64,000 bases of DNA from Streptosporangiaceae bacterium (GCA_035505275.1 DATJQX010000059.1:22414-86413); one strand, 5' to 3'. Shown: positions 1-9,425, counted from the first letter of the stretch. Numbers and translations are program-made. The notes: generated by a model not told the origin, from the sequence alone.

Positions 1-1
1 C

Positions 2-319
2 AGGGCGATCCTGGCCGACCAGCACCCGGCCCGGCCGGCGCTGTCGCAGCAGGAGCGGCAGGCGCTGCTGCTGTGGTTCCAGGGCATGTCGAAAGAATCG
101 GTCGGGCGGCGCATGTCGATCAGCGAGAATACGGTCCGGCAGTACATCACCCGCGCGCGCGCCAAGTACGCGGCCACCGGGCGGACCGCGCCGAGCAAGG
201 ACGCGCTGCTCGCCCGCGCGATCGAGGACGGCGTGATCAAGCCGGGCGACATCGCGCCGTACCAGTCATTCGCCCGCGCCGAGCCCGGCCACCCCGTCCT
301 GGGTGCCCCGGGCCAGTGA
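2..319 (+). CDS. LuxR/GerE-type HTH transcriptional regulator, C-terminal part (5' end lies outside the window)
   Basis: The frame is open from the window edge to the stop at 317-319. The translation LSQQERQALLLWFQGMSKESVGRRMSISENTVRQYITRARAKY is a GerE/LuxR HTH pattern, and GC3 is high. Confidence 0.8.
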   Translation, partial: RAILADQHPARPALSQQERQALLLWFQGMSKESVGRRMSISENTVRQYITRARAKYAATGRTAPSKDALLARAIEDGVIKPGDIAPYQSFARAEPGHPVLGAPGQ

Positions 320-527
320 ATGGCCCGGGGCCCAAGTCCCCCCCGGGAGCTGCCCTCCAGGCGAATCGGCTGCAGGCCGACGCCGGGCATGGCCAGACGC
401 CGCGGCCGTCATCAGATCGCGGGCTGGCGCACCATCAGCATTCCCGATCGAGGGCGACGCTGTCTTGACGCCCGATCGGGTGACACGACGGTCCGCATCC
501 GGCAGCCCGGCGGCTGGTCACTAATTT

Positions 528-541
528 AGCTATACTTATAG
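528..541. promoter_or_regulatory. Inverted repeat GCTATA-CT-TATAGC immediately 5' of the antitoxin start; candidate TA autoregulatory operator or -10 region
   Basis: A perfect 6-2-6 palindrome sits in a locally AT-rich stretch (taatttagctatacttatagcc) that ends 2 nt before ATG 544. Confidence 0.3.
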
Positions 542-543
542 CC

Positions 544-828
544 ATGTCCATCTCCGAGCAGATGCCGCTTGCCGACGTCAAGAACCACCTGTCGGAAGTC
601 GTAGACCGCTTGCAGCGCGAGCACGGCCGCGTCATCATCACCCGGCACGGCCACCCTGCCGCCGTCGTCATGAGCGTCGAAGATCTGGAATCGCTTGAAG
701 AGACTCTCGACATCATGGACAGTGCCGCATTGCTCAGTGATATCCGGGAAAGCCTCGCCGAGCTTGGCGCCGCCGACGCATCCGTGCTAACCAAAGACGA
801 TGCCCTGCGCCTGATCTCCGGGCCGTGA
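544..828 (+). CDS. Phd/YefM family type II antitoxin
   Basis: 94 aa. The sequence LADVKNHLSEVVDRL...RVIITRHGHPAAVVMSVEDLESLEETLDI is the Phd/YefM pattern. Its stop overlaps the next gene's start by 4 nt. Confidence 0.85.
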   Translation: MSISEQMPLADVKNHLSEVVDRLQREHGRVIITRHGHPAAVVMSVEDLESLEETLDIMDSAALLSDIRESLAELGAADASVLTKDDALRLISGP

Positions 829-1106
829 GCGGGAGCGATTTCGCGGTCGCGTGGACCACGGCTTCGCGCCGGGCGCTGACCAAGCTCCCGGAGAAAGTGG
901 CGACTGCTGTGGTGGAGTTCTTGTACGGCTCGCTGGCCGCCGACCCGCATCGCATCGGCAAGCCCCTGAAGCTCGGCCTTGCGGGACTTCACAGCGCTCG
1001 CCGCGGCGATTATCGCGTTATCTACCGTATCGACGACCAGCAGCGCCTGGTCACCGTCATAGCCATCGAACACCGCTCCGACATCTACCGGCCGCGGGGA
1101 ACCTGA
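825..1106 (+). CDS. RelE/ParE family type II toxin
   Basis: 93 aa. The sequence GDYRVIYRIDDQQRLVTVIAIEHRSDIY matches the RelE/ParE core. The gene is translationally coupled to the upstream antitoxin. Confidence 0.85.
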   Translation: MSGSDFAVAWTTASRRALTKLPEKVATAVVEFLYGSLAADPHRIGKPLKLGLAGLHSARRGDYRVIYRIDDQQRLVTVIAIEHRSDIYRPRGT

Positions 1107-1143
1107 CCCAGCGACACGATCTCGCCCGGATTACCATGCGGTC

Positions 1144-1929
1144 ATGCTGGAGACGAGGAAAACGTTCGGTGACGTGAGCGTCTGGCCGAGCCGTGACCTC
1201 GTGGCGACGGTGGAGATCGGGCGCGCGCCGGCCAACTTCTTCGATGCCGAGCTCATCACCTCGCTGGCGGACGCCTACGCCTGGCTGGACGAGCAGCCGG
1301 AGTTCCGCGCCGTGGTGCTGTGCTCGGACGGCAGGCATTTCTGCGCGGGCGCAAACTTCACCGAACGCTCCGGGGGGCCCGCGGTGGGCAGCGTGAAGGA
1401 ACTCTACGCCGCGGCGGCCCGGCTGTTCGAGGTCCGGACGCCGGTGGTCGCCGCCGTGCAGGGCGCCGCGGTGGGCGGCGGGTTCGGGCTGGCCTGCGCC
1501 GCTGACTTCCGGGTCGCCAGTCCGCAGACCAGGTTCTGGGCGAACTTCGCCCGGCTCGGCCTGCACCATGGCTTCGCGCTTACGGTCACGCTGCCCGCGA
1601 TCATCGGCGAGCAGCGCGCGCTTGACCTGCTGTGCACGGGCCGCCGGGTCGGCGGCGAGGAGGCCGCCCAGATCGGGCTGGCCGACCGGCTGGCCGAGCC
1701 CGAAGGCCTGCGGGCGGCCGCGCAGGAGCTGGCCGCCGAGATCGCCGCCGCCGCCCCGCTCGCAGTGCGGTCGATCCGGGAGACGATGCGCGGGACGCTG
1801 GCGGACCGGGCCCGGGCCGCGATGGACCGGGAACTGACGGAGCAGGACCGGCTTCGGCAGACGGCGGACTTCGCCGAGGGCATCCGCGCGTCCGCGCAGC
1901 GGCGGCCGCCCCGATTCGAGGCCCGGTGA
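1144..1929 (+). CDS. Enoyl-CoA hydratase/isomerase (crotonase) family protein
   Basis: 261 aa with crotonase motifs CSDGRHFCAGANF and AAVQGAAVGGGFGLACAADFRVA. Confidence 0.85.
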   Translation: MLETRKTFGDVSVWPSRDLVATVEIGRAPANFFDAELITSLADAYAWLDEQPEFRAVVLCSDGRHFCAGANFTERSGGPAVGSVKELYAAAARLFEVRTPVVAAVQGAAVGGGFGLACAADFRVASPQTRFWANFARLGLHHGFALTVTLPAIIGEQRALDLLCTGRRVGGEEAAQIGLADRLAEPEGLRAAAQELAAEIAAAAPLAVRSIRETMRGTLADRARAAMDRELTEQDRLRQTADFAEGIRASAQRRPPRFEAR

Positions 1930-1978
1930 CCGCGGCCTTCTCCCCGGCGTGCTGCTCGGGGACGCCGCTGGTTAAGCG

Positions 1979-3175
1979 ATGACGGACGGCCAGTTTTTCA
2001 CGTCGCGGCTGAAGGGCCGTCCGCTGCTGGATGGCGAGGGCCTCGCGATCGGCCGGATCCGCGATGTCGTGATCCTGCCCACCGCCGGAAACGACCCGCC
2101 GCGAGCGCTGGGCCTGGTGGTGACGTGGCACCGGCGCCGGATCTTCGTCAACCTCGGGCGGATCGCGGAGATCTCCGTGGACGGCGCCCATCTGCTGGGC
2201 GCCACTGTCGACCTCGAGCGCTTCAGCCGGCGCGCCGGGGAGCTCTTGGCGTCTGAGCTGTACGGCCGCCGCGTCGACGGCGGAACCGTTGCCGACGTCG
2301 CCATTACGCCCTGCGAGCAGCGGCGGATCGGCTGGGAGGTCTGTGCGCTGGCCATCACGCATGGACTGCGGCTCCGTGGTCCGATGATCGTCCCGTGGGA
2401 CAAGTACACGGAGCTCTTCCAGGCCGGGGCTCTAGCCGAGCAGCTGGCCGACCTGCGTGAGCTGAAGCCGGCGGATCTGGCCAGCGCCGTGGAAGGCATG
2501 CCGCCGAGCCGGCGCAGCCAGATCGCCGCTGCCCTTGATGACGAGTCGCTGGCCGATCTGCTTGAGGAGATGCCCGAGGAGGATCAGGTGCGGCTGCTGG
2601 CCAGCCTCGGGCTGGAGCGCAGCGCCGACGTGGTGGAGGAAATGCAGCCTGATGACGCGGCCGACCTGCTGGCCGAGATGTCGCCCGAACAGCGCGAACG
2701 GTTGCTGGCGACGATGGAGTCGGTCCAGGCCGCGGACCTGCGGCGGCTGCTGCGCTACGACGCGACCACGGCGGGCGGCCTGATGACCTCCCAGCCCATC
2801 ATCGTCACACCAGACACACCGGTTGCTGAGGCGCTGGCGCGGGTCAGGGATCCGGACGTGCCGACGACGGTGGCGGCACAGGTGTATGTGTGCGAGCCGC
2901 CCGTGGCCACGCCGACCGGCCGGTACCTGGGCAGCGTGACATTCCAGCGGCTGCTGCGCCGGCCGCCGTCGGCCCTGATCGGCCAGTGTGTCGATGAGAA
3001 AAGCGTCTTCGTAAGGCCCGACCTGCCCGAGCGCGAGCTCGCGGTCCGGCTGGCCGCCTACAACCTGGTCAGCGTGGCCGTGTGCGACGAGGACGGCCAC
3101 CTGCTCGGCGCGGTCACGGTAGACGACGTCCTCGATCACCTGCTGCCCCCCGACTGGCGAAGGACAGGAGGCTGA
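1979..3175 (+). CDS. Soluble MgtE-N plus CBS-pair domain protein (no channel domain)
   Basis: 398 aa. Acidic MgtE-N-type helical repeats (LADLLEEMPEEDQVRLL, DDAADLLAEMSPEQRERLL) are followed by a CBS-like C-terminus. No TM segments are visible. Confidence 0.8.
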   Translation: MTDGQFFTSRLKGRPLLDGEGLAIGRIRDVVILPTAGNDPPRALGLVVTWHRRRIFVNLGRIAEISVDGAHLLGATVDLERFSRRAGELLASELYGRRVDGGTVADVAITPCEQRRIGWEVCALAITHGLRLRGPMIVPWDKYTELFQAGALAEQLADLRELKPADLASAVEGMPPSRRSQIAAALDDESLADLLEEMPEEDQVRLLASLGLERSADVVEEMQPDDAADLLAEMSPEQRERLLATMESVQAADLRRLLRYDATTAGGLMTSQPIIVTPDTPVAEALARVRDPDVPTTVAAQVYVCEPPVATPTGRYLGSVTFQRLLRRPPSALIGQCVDEKSVFVRPDLPERELAVRLAAYNLVSVAVCDEDGHLLGAVTVDDVLDHLLPPDWRRTGG

Positions 3176-3176
3176 C

Positions 3177-3707
3177 ATGGCCCGGATTTCACTGCGCCGC
3201 CTCGCCGAGCGGGCCGATCTGTCCGTTCCGCGTGGCACCCCGCAGATGGGCGCCCGCTACGACGCCGACGCCTTCGGGCGTTTCTCCGAGGCCATCGCGA
3301 GGTTCCTCGGCACCGGGCGTTTCCTGTTCTGGCAGACCATGCTCGTGGTCGCGTGGATCATCCTCAACACCGTCGGCTTGGTCAAGCACTGGGATCCGTA
3401 TCCGTTTATCCTGCTCAACCTGGCCTTCTCGACCCAGGCGGCCTACGCCGCGCCGCTGATCCTGCTTGCGCAGAACCGGCAGGACGACCGGGACCGGGCG
3501 TCCATCGAGCGTGACCGCGCGGTGGCGGCGCGGACCCAGGCCGACACGGAGTTCCTCGCCCGCGAACTCGCCGCCGTGCGCTTGGCGCTGTCCGACGTGG
3601 TGACCACGGGGGACCTCGAGGATTCCCTCACCCGGTTGGCCAAGCTGATCGCCGACCGCCCGCTTCCGGCCAAGACCGACCTGCCGACGGCGCCGGACCA
3701 GCAATAA
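3177..3707 (+). CDS. DUF1003 family membrane protein
   Basis: 176 aa. It starts 2 nt after the upstream stop, behind an AGGAGG RBS. It has two TM helices and the motif PYPFILLNLAFSTQAAYAAPLILLAQNRQ. Confidence 0.8.
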   Translation: MARISLRRLAERADLSVPRGTPQMGARYDADAFGRFSEAIARFLGTGRFLFWQTMLVVAWIILNTVGLVKHWDPYPFILLNLAFSTQAAYAAPLILLAQNRQDDRDRASIERDRAVAARTQADTEFLARELAAVRLALSDVVTTGDLEDSLTRLAKLIADRPLPAKTDLPTAPDQQ

Positions 3708-3725
3708 GCCCGCAGTCTCGGGCCC

Positions 3726-3748
3726 GGGCCGCGGCATCGCCGCGGCCC
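3726..3748 (+). terminator. GC-rich hairpin downstream of the MgtE-N/DUF1003 pair
   Basis: gggccgcggc-atc-gccgcggccc forms a 10-bp perfect stem 19 nt after the stop. There is no clear U-tract. Confidence 0.45.
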
Positions 3749-4027
3749 GTCGCCATGCACCAGTTGACCGCGAGCAAGACATAGGCGCCGGAAACTAATT
3801 ATTCAGTAAATCCTCAGATACGGGAGTAATCATACATAAAGCGCGCGCAAGTATGACGGGGGGTACATATATCCCCATACCACGTGGGCCTGGCTAAGGG
3901 CCCACGTGCCGCAACAAAGGCAGGGTAAGCGGCCGAAGGGGAAGTCCAGACGAGATCTATAGCTGTCCTTCAGGTTATACCCAGCGTTCTTATCAGGTAA
4001 TTTCAGGTATTCCTACGGGAGGAAACG

Positions 4028-4534
4028 ATGCGCTTCATGCGCCCCGTGATTTACACCGCCGTCTCAGCGGCGGCTATCGCCACCGCCGGCTTGCTCGCCT
4101 CGCCGGCCTTTGCCTCGACGACCCAATACCCCTTCCATGGGCAGAGCGTCAGCCTGTACAACAACTACGGAAACGCGAGAGGCACGGTCGCCTCCGACCA
4201 GTCCGACCAGTACGGGCAGTACCGCCAGAACGGGCAGCGGGGCCGTGGCTCGGTCACCGTTTCCGGGACGGTGTCGAGCAACCACTCAAACCGCTACGGC
4301 AACCGCCAGGGGACCATTGAGGAAGTGTTCCTGTCCTCTAACTCCTGGAGCCGGGGCAAGCTGATCGGCTCGACCGGTTACGGCCAGAGCGGCCGGTTCA
4401 GCGGCACCGTGGACAACACCGACAGCGTCACGATTACGCTGTGCGCCGCCAACAAGGGCGGTGGCAACGTCCGGGACTGCACGAGCCAGACCGTCAAGGT
4501 CTCCGCCCAGCAGAACAACCCGGGTAACCACTAG
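4028..4534 (+). CDS. Small secreted Gly/Asn/Gln/Ser-rich protein of unknown function
   Basis: 168 aa with a GGGAGG RBS upstream. It has a Sec-type signal peptide (AIATAGLLASPAFA|STT), two Cys residues near the C-terminus, and no recognisable family. Confidence 0.7.
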   Translation: MRFMRPVIYTAVSAAAIATAGLLASPAFASTTQYPFHGQSVSLYNNYGNARGTVASDQSDQYGQYRQNGQRGRGSVTVSGTVSSNHSNRYGNRQGTIEEVFLSSNSWSRGKLIGSTGYGQSGRFSGTVDNTDSVTITLCAANKGGGNVRDCTSQTVKVSAQQNNPGNH

Positions 4535-4538
4535 TCAG

Positions 4539-4572
4539 CAGGCCCCGGCCGGCTATGCCCGGCCGGGGCCTG
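4539..4572 (+). terminator. Hairpin terminator after the secreted-protein gene
   Basis: caggccccggccgg-ctatgc-ccggccggggcctg forms a 14-bp perfect stem starting 5 nt after the stop. Confidence 0.6.
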
Positions 4573-4844
4573 ATCAGCGGTACGGGGAGGCCTGGCATGC
4601 CGCCGACGGCGCTGAAGCCGGAACCGATCCGCAGCACTAATCAAAAGCCCCTTAAGCCCGTGCCCGGGCACGCAGGAGTGCCATTCGCCACGTGTCGCCG
4701 AGCTGACACCACCGGTGTCGCCGAGCCGACTCCGATCGTGTCGGTCCGGTGACTGACCTAGCTCACCGCCATCCCGCACCCTTGACCTCGGTGGAAGTCC
4801 GTCGGGCAGCGCCATAGTCCTTCGGCCAGCCGACCCGCAGGGAG

Positions 4845-5939
4845 ATGCTGATGACTACGGTGTGGAGCTCAGAAATTGGTCTGGGAACCTCGGCGATCGC
4901 GCTGGCCAGGGTGGCGCCGGACAGGCCGCGGACGGTAGCGCAGGTCCTGGCCGAGACGCTGGCGGTGGTGGAGCCCGCGTACCGGGCCGCGGTCAATGAC
5001 CTTCCGCCGGAGATCCGGCATGTAGCCGGTTATCACATCGGCTGGTGGGAGGCCGACGGCAGGGCGGCAGGCGCGTGCGGCAAGGCGGTCCGCCCGGCGC
5101 TCGTGCTGGCCTGCGCGCGTGCCGCCGGCGGGGGAGGCGACCACGCGGAGCTGCCCGGCCGCCCGGCGCCGGCGCAGGCCGCGGTGGCGGTGGAACTGGT
5201 CCACGACTTCTCGCTGCTGCACGACGACGTGATGGACGGGGACCTGACCCGCCGTCACCGGGCTGCGGCGTGGGCGGTGTTCGGCGTGGGCCGGGCCATC
5301 CTGGTCGGGGATTCGCTGCTCGCGCTGGCCATGGACATGCTCAGCGGTGATCCGGGACGGGTGTTGTCCGGGGCGTTGCTGGAGTTGTGCCGCGGGCAGT
5401 CGGCTGACCTGGCCTTCGAAGACCGCGGCAACGTCTTGCTCACCGAGTGCCTCAATATGGCCGAACGCAAAACTGGTGCCCTCCTTGGGGCCGCCTGCCA
5501 GCTCGGGGCTCTGGCCGGTGGCGCCGACCCCCGGGTTGCCGAACTGTACGGCCGTTTCGGCCGGCCGTTGGGAGTGGCGTTCCAGCTGGTCGACGACCTG
5601 CTGGGCATCTGGGGTGACCCGGCGGTGACCGGCAAGCCCGCGGGCAACGACCTGGCCGCGCGGAAGAAGTCGCTGCCCGTGGTGGCGGCCCTGAGCTCCA
5701 ACAGCAGGGCGGCCTATCTCCTGGCCCGGCTCTACGAGCGTGAAGACGCCTTCGATACGGCCACCATCGGGCGCGCCGCCGAGTTGGTCGAGAAGGCGGG
5801 AGGCCGAGCCTGGGCGCTGGCGGAGATCGGCCGGCGCATCGAAGCGGCCCGCGCTGCGCTCGCCCAGGCCCGCCCTGAGCCGTCCGCCGCAGCCGACCTG
5901 CACCTTCTCGCCGACCTGATCACCCGGCGCAACCACTGA
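4845..5939 (+). CDS. Polyprenyl diphosphate synthase (trans-IPPS, GGPP/FPP synthase family)
   Basis: 364 aa with a first Asp-rich motif LLHDDVMDGD and a second Asp-rich motif VDDLLGIWGD. Confidence 0.85.
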   Translation: MLMTTVWSSEIGLGTSAIALARVAPDRPRTVAQVLAETLAVVEPAYRAAVNDLPPEIRHVAGYHIGWWEADGRAAGACGKAVRPALVLACARAAGGGGDHAELPGRPAPAQAAVAVELVHDFSLLHDDVMDGDLTRRHRAAAWAVFGVGRAILVGDSLLALAMDMLSGDPGRVLSGALLELCRGQSADLAFEDRGNVLLTECLNMAERKTGALLGAACQLGALAGGADPRVAELYGRFGRPLGVAFQLVDDLLGIWGDPAVTGKPAGNDLAARKKSLPVVAALSSNSRAAYLLARLYEREDAFDTATIGRAAELVEKAGGRAWALAEIGRRIEAARAALAQARPEPSAAADLHLLADLITRRNH

Positions 5940-6340
5940 CCGGCCCCGCATCCGGCCCGCCGCTACCTTGAGACGGGCCGCCGCTCAGCACGGCGGGCCC
6001 GTGTCCGTCTTCGGCCCGTCCACGGTCATGGAGCGGGCCTGCACGCCGTCACGGCCCTACGCCATCCAGATCCTGGCATCCACCGGAGGTGCCGCGGTGC
6101 CGGCCCGGACGATCGGATTCCTGTCCGCCGCCGACGACACCGGACACCCGCCCCTGCGGCTCGCCAAGGACCCCTACTGGCCCTTGAAGTGCCCCGAGCC
6201 ATCGTCGAGGCCGCCATCCTCGCGGCACTCCGCCTGTCGGGCAATCCGGCTAAACCGCACTCCGCCGCTGCCTGACGCTCACTCCTGAGTCAACCGCGGT
6301 ACCGCCCGTGGCGTGACAAAGAAGGTCGGCCGAGCGAACA

Positions 6341-6847
6341 ATGAGCCGTGTGGCAAGGCTGCTGATTGACGACCGTGCCGTCATCGTGTCCATGTCGGTC
6401 ATGGAGAAGCTCGAAGCGCTGCACGGGAATGTGACCATACCGCGGACGGCGGTGATCGCCGCGCGAGGAGTCCCGGACGGGTTGGCGGAACTCCGCGACA
6501 GGGACGCCGGCACCGGCACCGGCCTGCCGGGACTGATGATGGTCGGCACCATCCGGAACAATGGCAGCGTTACCTTCGCGGTCTGCCGCGGGCGCCGGCC
6601 TGCCGTAGTCCTCGACCTGGCGGGTCACTCGTACGACCGGATAGTCGTTACCGTTGACAACCCCGACGAAATCGTCAGCCTCCTGCCCTTACCCGGCCCG
6701 CCCCATGCGCGCGCGTTTCCGCGGAAACGTCTCACGCAATTGCGTGAAGGCACCCGATCCGCGAACGGCGAAGTTTCGCATTTCAGCGGCCCGGGAGCGA
6801 CCGCGACTCTGGATGCAGACGCGGCCAGGGTGACCGCGCAAGGCTAA
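6341..6847 (+). CDS. Hypothetical protein
   Basis: 168 aa. Codon bias is coding-like over the first ~115 codons. No motif is recognised and the RBS is weak. Confidence 0.45.
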   Translation: MSRVARLLIDDRAVIVSMSVMEKLEALHGNVTIPRTAVIAARGVPDGLAELRDRDAGTGTGLPGLMMVGTIRNNGSVTFAVCRGRRPAVVLDLAGHSYDRIVVTVDNPDEIVSLLPLPGPPHARAFPRKRLTQLREGTRSANGEVSHFSGPGATATLDADAARVTAQG

Positions 6848-6858
6848 GGAGCACTGTC

Positions 6859-7143
6859 ATGGCAACCACGCAGACCAGCACCACCACCCCAGCGTCCGGC
6901 AACGGTTACGGCACTCCAGGCACGGCGCACCGCCCGGCTGCCGCCCTGCGCAACCTGGGCCTGCGTCAGATCCGGCTCGGCATCGTCTGGTTCGCGATCG
7001 GCCTGGTGATCACGGTCGTCACCTTCAAGCACCCTGTCGGCGGAGTCTTCATCGCCGCCTACGGCCCCATGGCCTTCGGTGTTGTCTCCGTGGTCCGCGG
7101 AATCGTCACCCTAAGCCGGTCCGTAAAGCTGCGCCAGCAGTAA
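6859..7143 (+). CDS. Small membrane protein (two predicted TM helices)
   Basis: 94 aa with a strong AAGGAG RBS 7 nt upstream. The hydrophobic segments are LGIVWFAIGLVITVVTF and VFIAAYGPMAFGVVSVV. Confidence 0.65.
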   Translation: MATTQTSTTTPASGNGYGTPGTAHRPAAALRNLGLRQIRLGIVWFAIGLVITVVTFKHPVGGVFIAAYGPMAFGVVSVVRGIVTLSRSVKLRQQ

Positions 7144-7155
7144 GGACCTGTCATC

Positions 7156-7179
7156 AATCCCGGGCTTTCGCCCGGGATT
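7156..7179 (+). terminator. Hairpin terminator
   Basis: aatcccgggc-tttc-gcccgggatt forms a 10-bp perfect stem 13 nt after the stop at 7143. Confidence 0.6.
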
Positions 7180-7335
7180 AGCCAGCCAGCCGATTTGACC
7201 TAAAAAGTGCCTTCGGCCTGAGCGGATAGGGCTTGTCTGGAGTCCTTCCCGTTCCCGGCCGAAGGCACTTTCCCATTTCACCGCGCACGTCACCGGCCAG
7301 CGCGTGCAGCGGGCGGTGCCGCCCGGCTCAGTTCC

Positions 7336-7701
7336 TTAGCCCAGCTTGAGCGGCACGTCCGCGTAAGGATCGAGCGCGTAGGCGAGGGAGACACGGTGGT
7401 AGCCGTCCGCGATATCTCCGTCCGCGATGAGAACCGGAGACAGCTTCTCCCCGGCGAGCACCTTCTGCAGGTCTTTCAGCACGCCCGGGTCCGACAGCGG
7501 CAGCGGGTCGCGCGTGGTAGCCCGCAGGATATCGTTGGCGCGGCGCTGGATGACCGGGAGCTTCTGCAGCTTTTCCGACATCTCCTTTGCCCGGCTCTCC
7601 CCGAAGCGGATACTGAGGTAGCTGGAGGCAGCGGCATAGTCGTGGTCGGCTACGTCCTTCCTCCACCGCAAATACTGGACGGGTTCTCCGGCAGCGGTCA
7701 T
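7336..7701 (-). CDS. Hypothetical protein with a possible ParB/Srx-like motif
   Basis: 121 aa with a GGAGGAGGG RBS upstream. The C-terminal LSPVLIADGDIADGYHRVSLAY resembles the DGhHR core of the ParB N-terminal/sulfiredoxin fold. Confidence 0.6.
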   Translation of the reverse strand: MTAAGEPVQYLRWRKDVADHDYAAASSYLSIRFGESRAKEMSEKLQKLPVIQRRANDILRATTRDPLPLSDPGVLKDLQKVLAGEKLSPVLIADGDIADGYHRVSLAYALDPYADVPLKLG

Positions 7702-7925
7702 TCGTCCTCACCCTCCTCCCGTCCCGGGAACGACGTTCTGTACCAAGGTCGTTCAGTTCATCTACACCTTACGGCTTGGTCCGTCCAGAACTAACTCACC
7801 ACTGCTGACCTGGCGCGTTGCCGATAAGGCTCAGGACGTTCCGGCGGAAGCGCCTCGTGAAATCGCGCACGAGCCCCTTTCTGGCGCGGCATGTGCCCTC
7901 GTGCTGTCAACCCGCGCGGGCATGT

Positions 7926-9341
7926 TCATTCAGAACGAGCTGTCGTGATCTCCTCGACCGTCGGCGCCGCCTGGACCGGCGGCGCCGCCTGAGGCCGGGC
8001 AGGCCGGATCAGCGCCAGGGCGAGCACCCCGCCGGCCAGCGCCAGCATTCCGGTGATCACGAACAGGTCGTTCATGCCGGTGGCGAACGAGGTGGCCACG
8101 TGCGACGCGAACACCGTGCCGAGGACCGCGATGCCGGCCGCGATGCCGATCTGCCGGAACGTGGCGTTGATGCCCGAGGCCATGCCGGCCCGCTGCGGCG
8201 GGACTACGGAGATTGCGGTCGAGGCCAGCGGCGGGTTCACCAGGCCGGCGCCAAGGCCCGCCACGATGAAGCCGGGCGCGAGGTGGGTCCAGGACGAGGT
8301 GCTCGTCAGGCCGGTCATGAGCAGCAGCCCCGTGCCGTTGAGCAGGAGTCCGGGGCCGATCAGCCACCTGGCGGGGACGCGGTGGCTGAGTCGGCCGGCC
8401 GCGGTGGCGGTGACGAACTGCGCGCCGCTGATGATGGCCAGCCGGAGGCCGGTGCCAAGCGCCGAGTAGTGCTGCACGTCCTGCAGGTACAGGACGAGGT
8501 ACAGCAGGACGGCGTACAGCGAGCCGTTCATCGCGAATGCCGCGATCGAGGCTCCGGTGAAGGCCGGGATCCGGAACAGGGACACATCGAACATCGGACT
8601 GGCCTTGCGGCTCTCCACGATGCCGAACGCGATCAGCGCCACGGCGCTGATCGCCAGGCAGGTGATCACGCCGGTGTCGGTCCAGCTGTTGCGCTCGCCG
8701 GCCCGGATGAGCCCGTAGACCAGTGCGATCAGCCCGGACGTGAGCATCGCGGCGCCCGCCAGGTCGAGCCGCGGCGCGTGCGGCGAACGAGACTCCTCGA
8801 CCTGCCACCAGGTCACGGCCACGGCGAGCACGCCGACCGGAACGTTGATCAGGAAGATGCCCCGCCAGTCCCACTCGGTGGTGATCAGGCCGCCGAGCAC
8901 GGGCCCGAGCGCGGTCGCGATGCCCGCGATCGCGCCCCACGCGCCGAACGCGATGCCCCTTTCCCTGCCGCGGAAGCTCTGTCCGAGCAGGGCCAGGGAG
9001 ACCGAGAACATGACGGCGCCGCCGATGCCCTGAAAGCTGCGCGAGGCGATCAGCATGCCCGGGTTCCTGGCCAGCCCGCACAGCAGCGAGCCGGCGGTGA
9101 ACACGACGAGGCCGATCTGGAACAGCAGCTTGCGGCCGTACCGGTCGGCGAGGATGCCCGAGGTGAGCAGCAGCGCCGCCAGGGTGAGCGCGTACGCGTC
9201 GACCACCCACTGGATGTCGCCGAGGCTGGCGTGCAGTGCGGTCTGAATCTCCGGCTGCGCGACCACGACGATCGTCACGTCGAGTAGCAGCATGAAAGTA
9301 CCCGCAAGGACTGCGATCAGGGTCCACCACTTCTTGTCCAC
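7926..9341 (-). CDS. MFS transporter, DHA2 (EmrB/QacA, 14-TMS) type
   Basis: This is the C-terminal 472 codons of the 796-aa ORF. The GTG at 9341 gives VDKKWWTLIAVLAGTFMLLLDVTIV. It carries the motif ILADRYGRKLLF and has many TM helices. The longer ORF is antisense to the Lrp/AsnC gene. Confidence 0.85.
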   Translation of the reverse strand: MDKKWWTLIAVLAGTFMLLLDVTIVVVAQPEIQTALHASLGDIQWVVDAYALTLAALLLTSGILADRYGRKLLFQIGLVVFTAGSLLCGLARNPGMLIASRSFQGIGGAVMFSVSLALLGQSFRGRERGIAFGAWGAIAGIATALGPVLGGLITTEWDWRGIFLINVPVGVLAVAVTWWQVEESRSPHAPRLDLAGAAMLTSGLIALVYGLIRAGERNSWTDTGVITCLAISAVALIAFGIVESRKASPMFDVSLFRIPAFTGASIAAFAMNGSLYAVLLYLVLYLQDVQHYSALGTGLRLAIISGAQFVTATAAGRLSHRVPARWLIGPGLLLNGTGLLLMTGLTSTSSWTHLAPGFIVAGLGAGLVNPPLASTAISVVPPQRAGMASGINATFRQIGIAAGIAVLGTVFASHVATSFATGMNDLFVITGMLALAGGVLALALIRPARPQAAPPVQAAPTVEEITTARSE

Positions 9342-9425
9342 GCCCCCAGACAACCCGAGGCGACCTGCTGGTATCCATAAAAGTGAGCTATATCGCCCGA
9401 TCTCGATTTTGCTAGCCTGGATTTT

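Noticed and set aside
5968-6288. 106-aa plus-strand ORF in the 400-nt gap after the polyprenyl synthase gene
   Set aside because: GC3 in this frame is high, so it may be coding or a gene remnant. However, there is no RBS, no recognisable motif and a Pro/Ser/Arg-rich tail, which is too weak to call.
7818-9287. 489-aa plus-strand ORF
   Set aside because: It has extreme Arg/Asp/Gly/Glu composition and lies antisense to the MFS transporter, so it is not coding.
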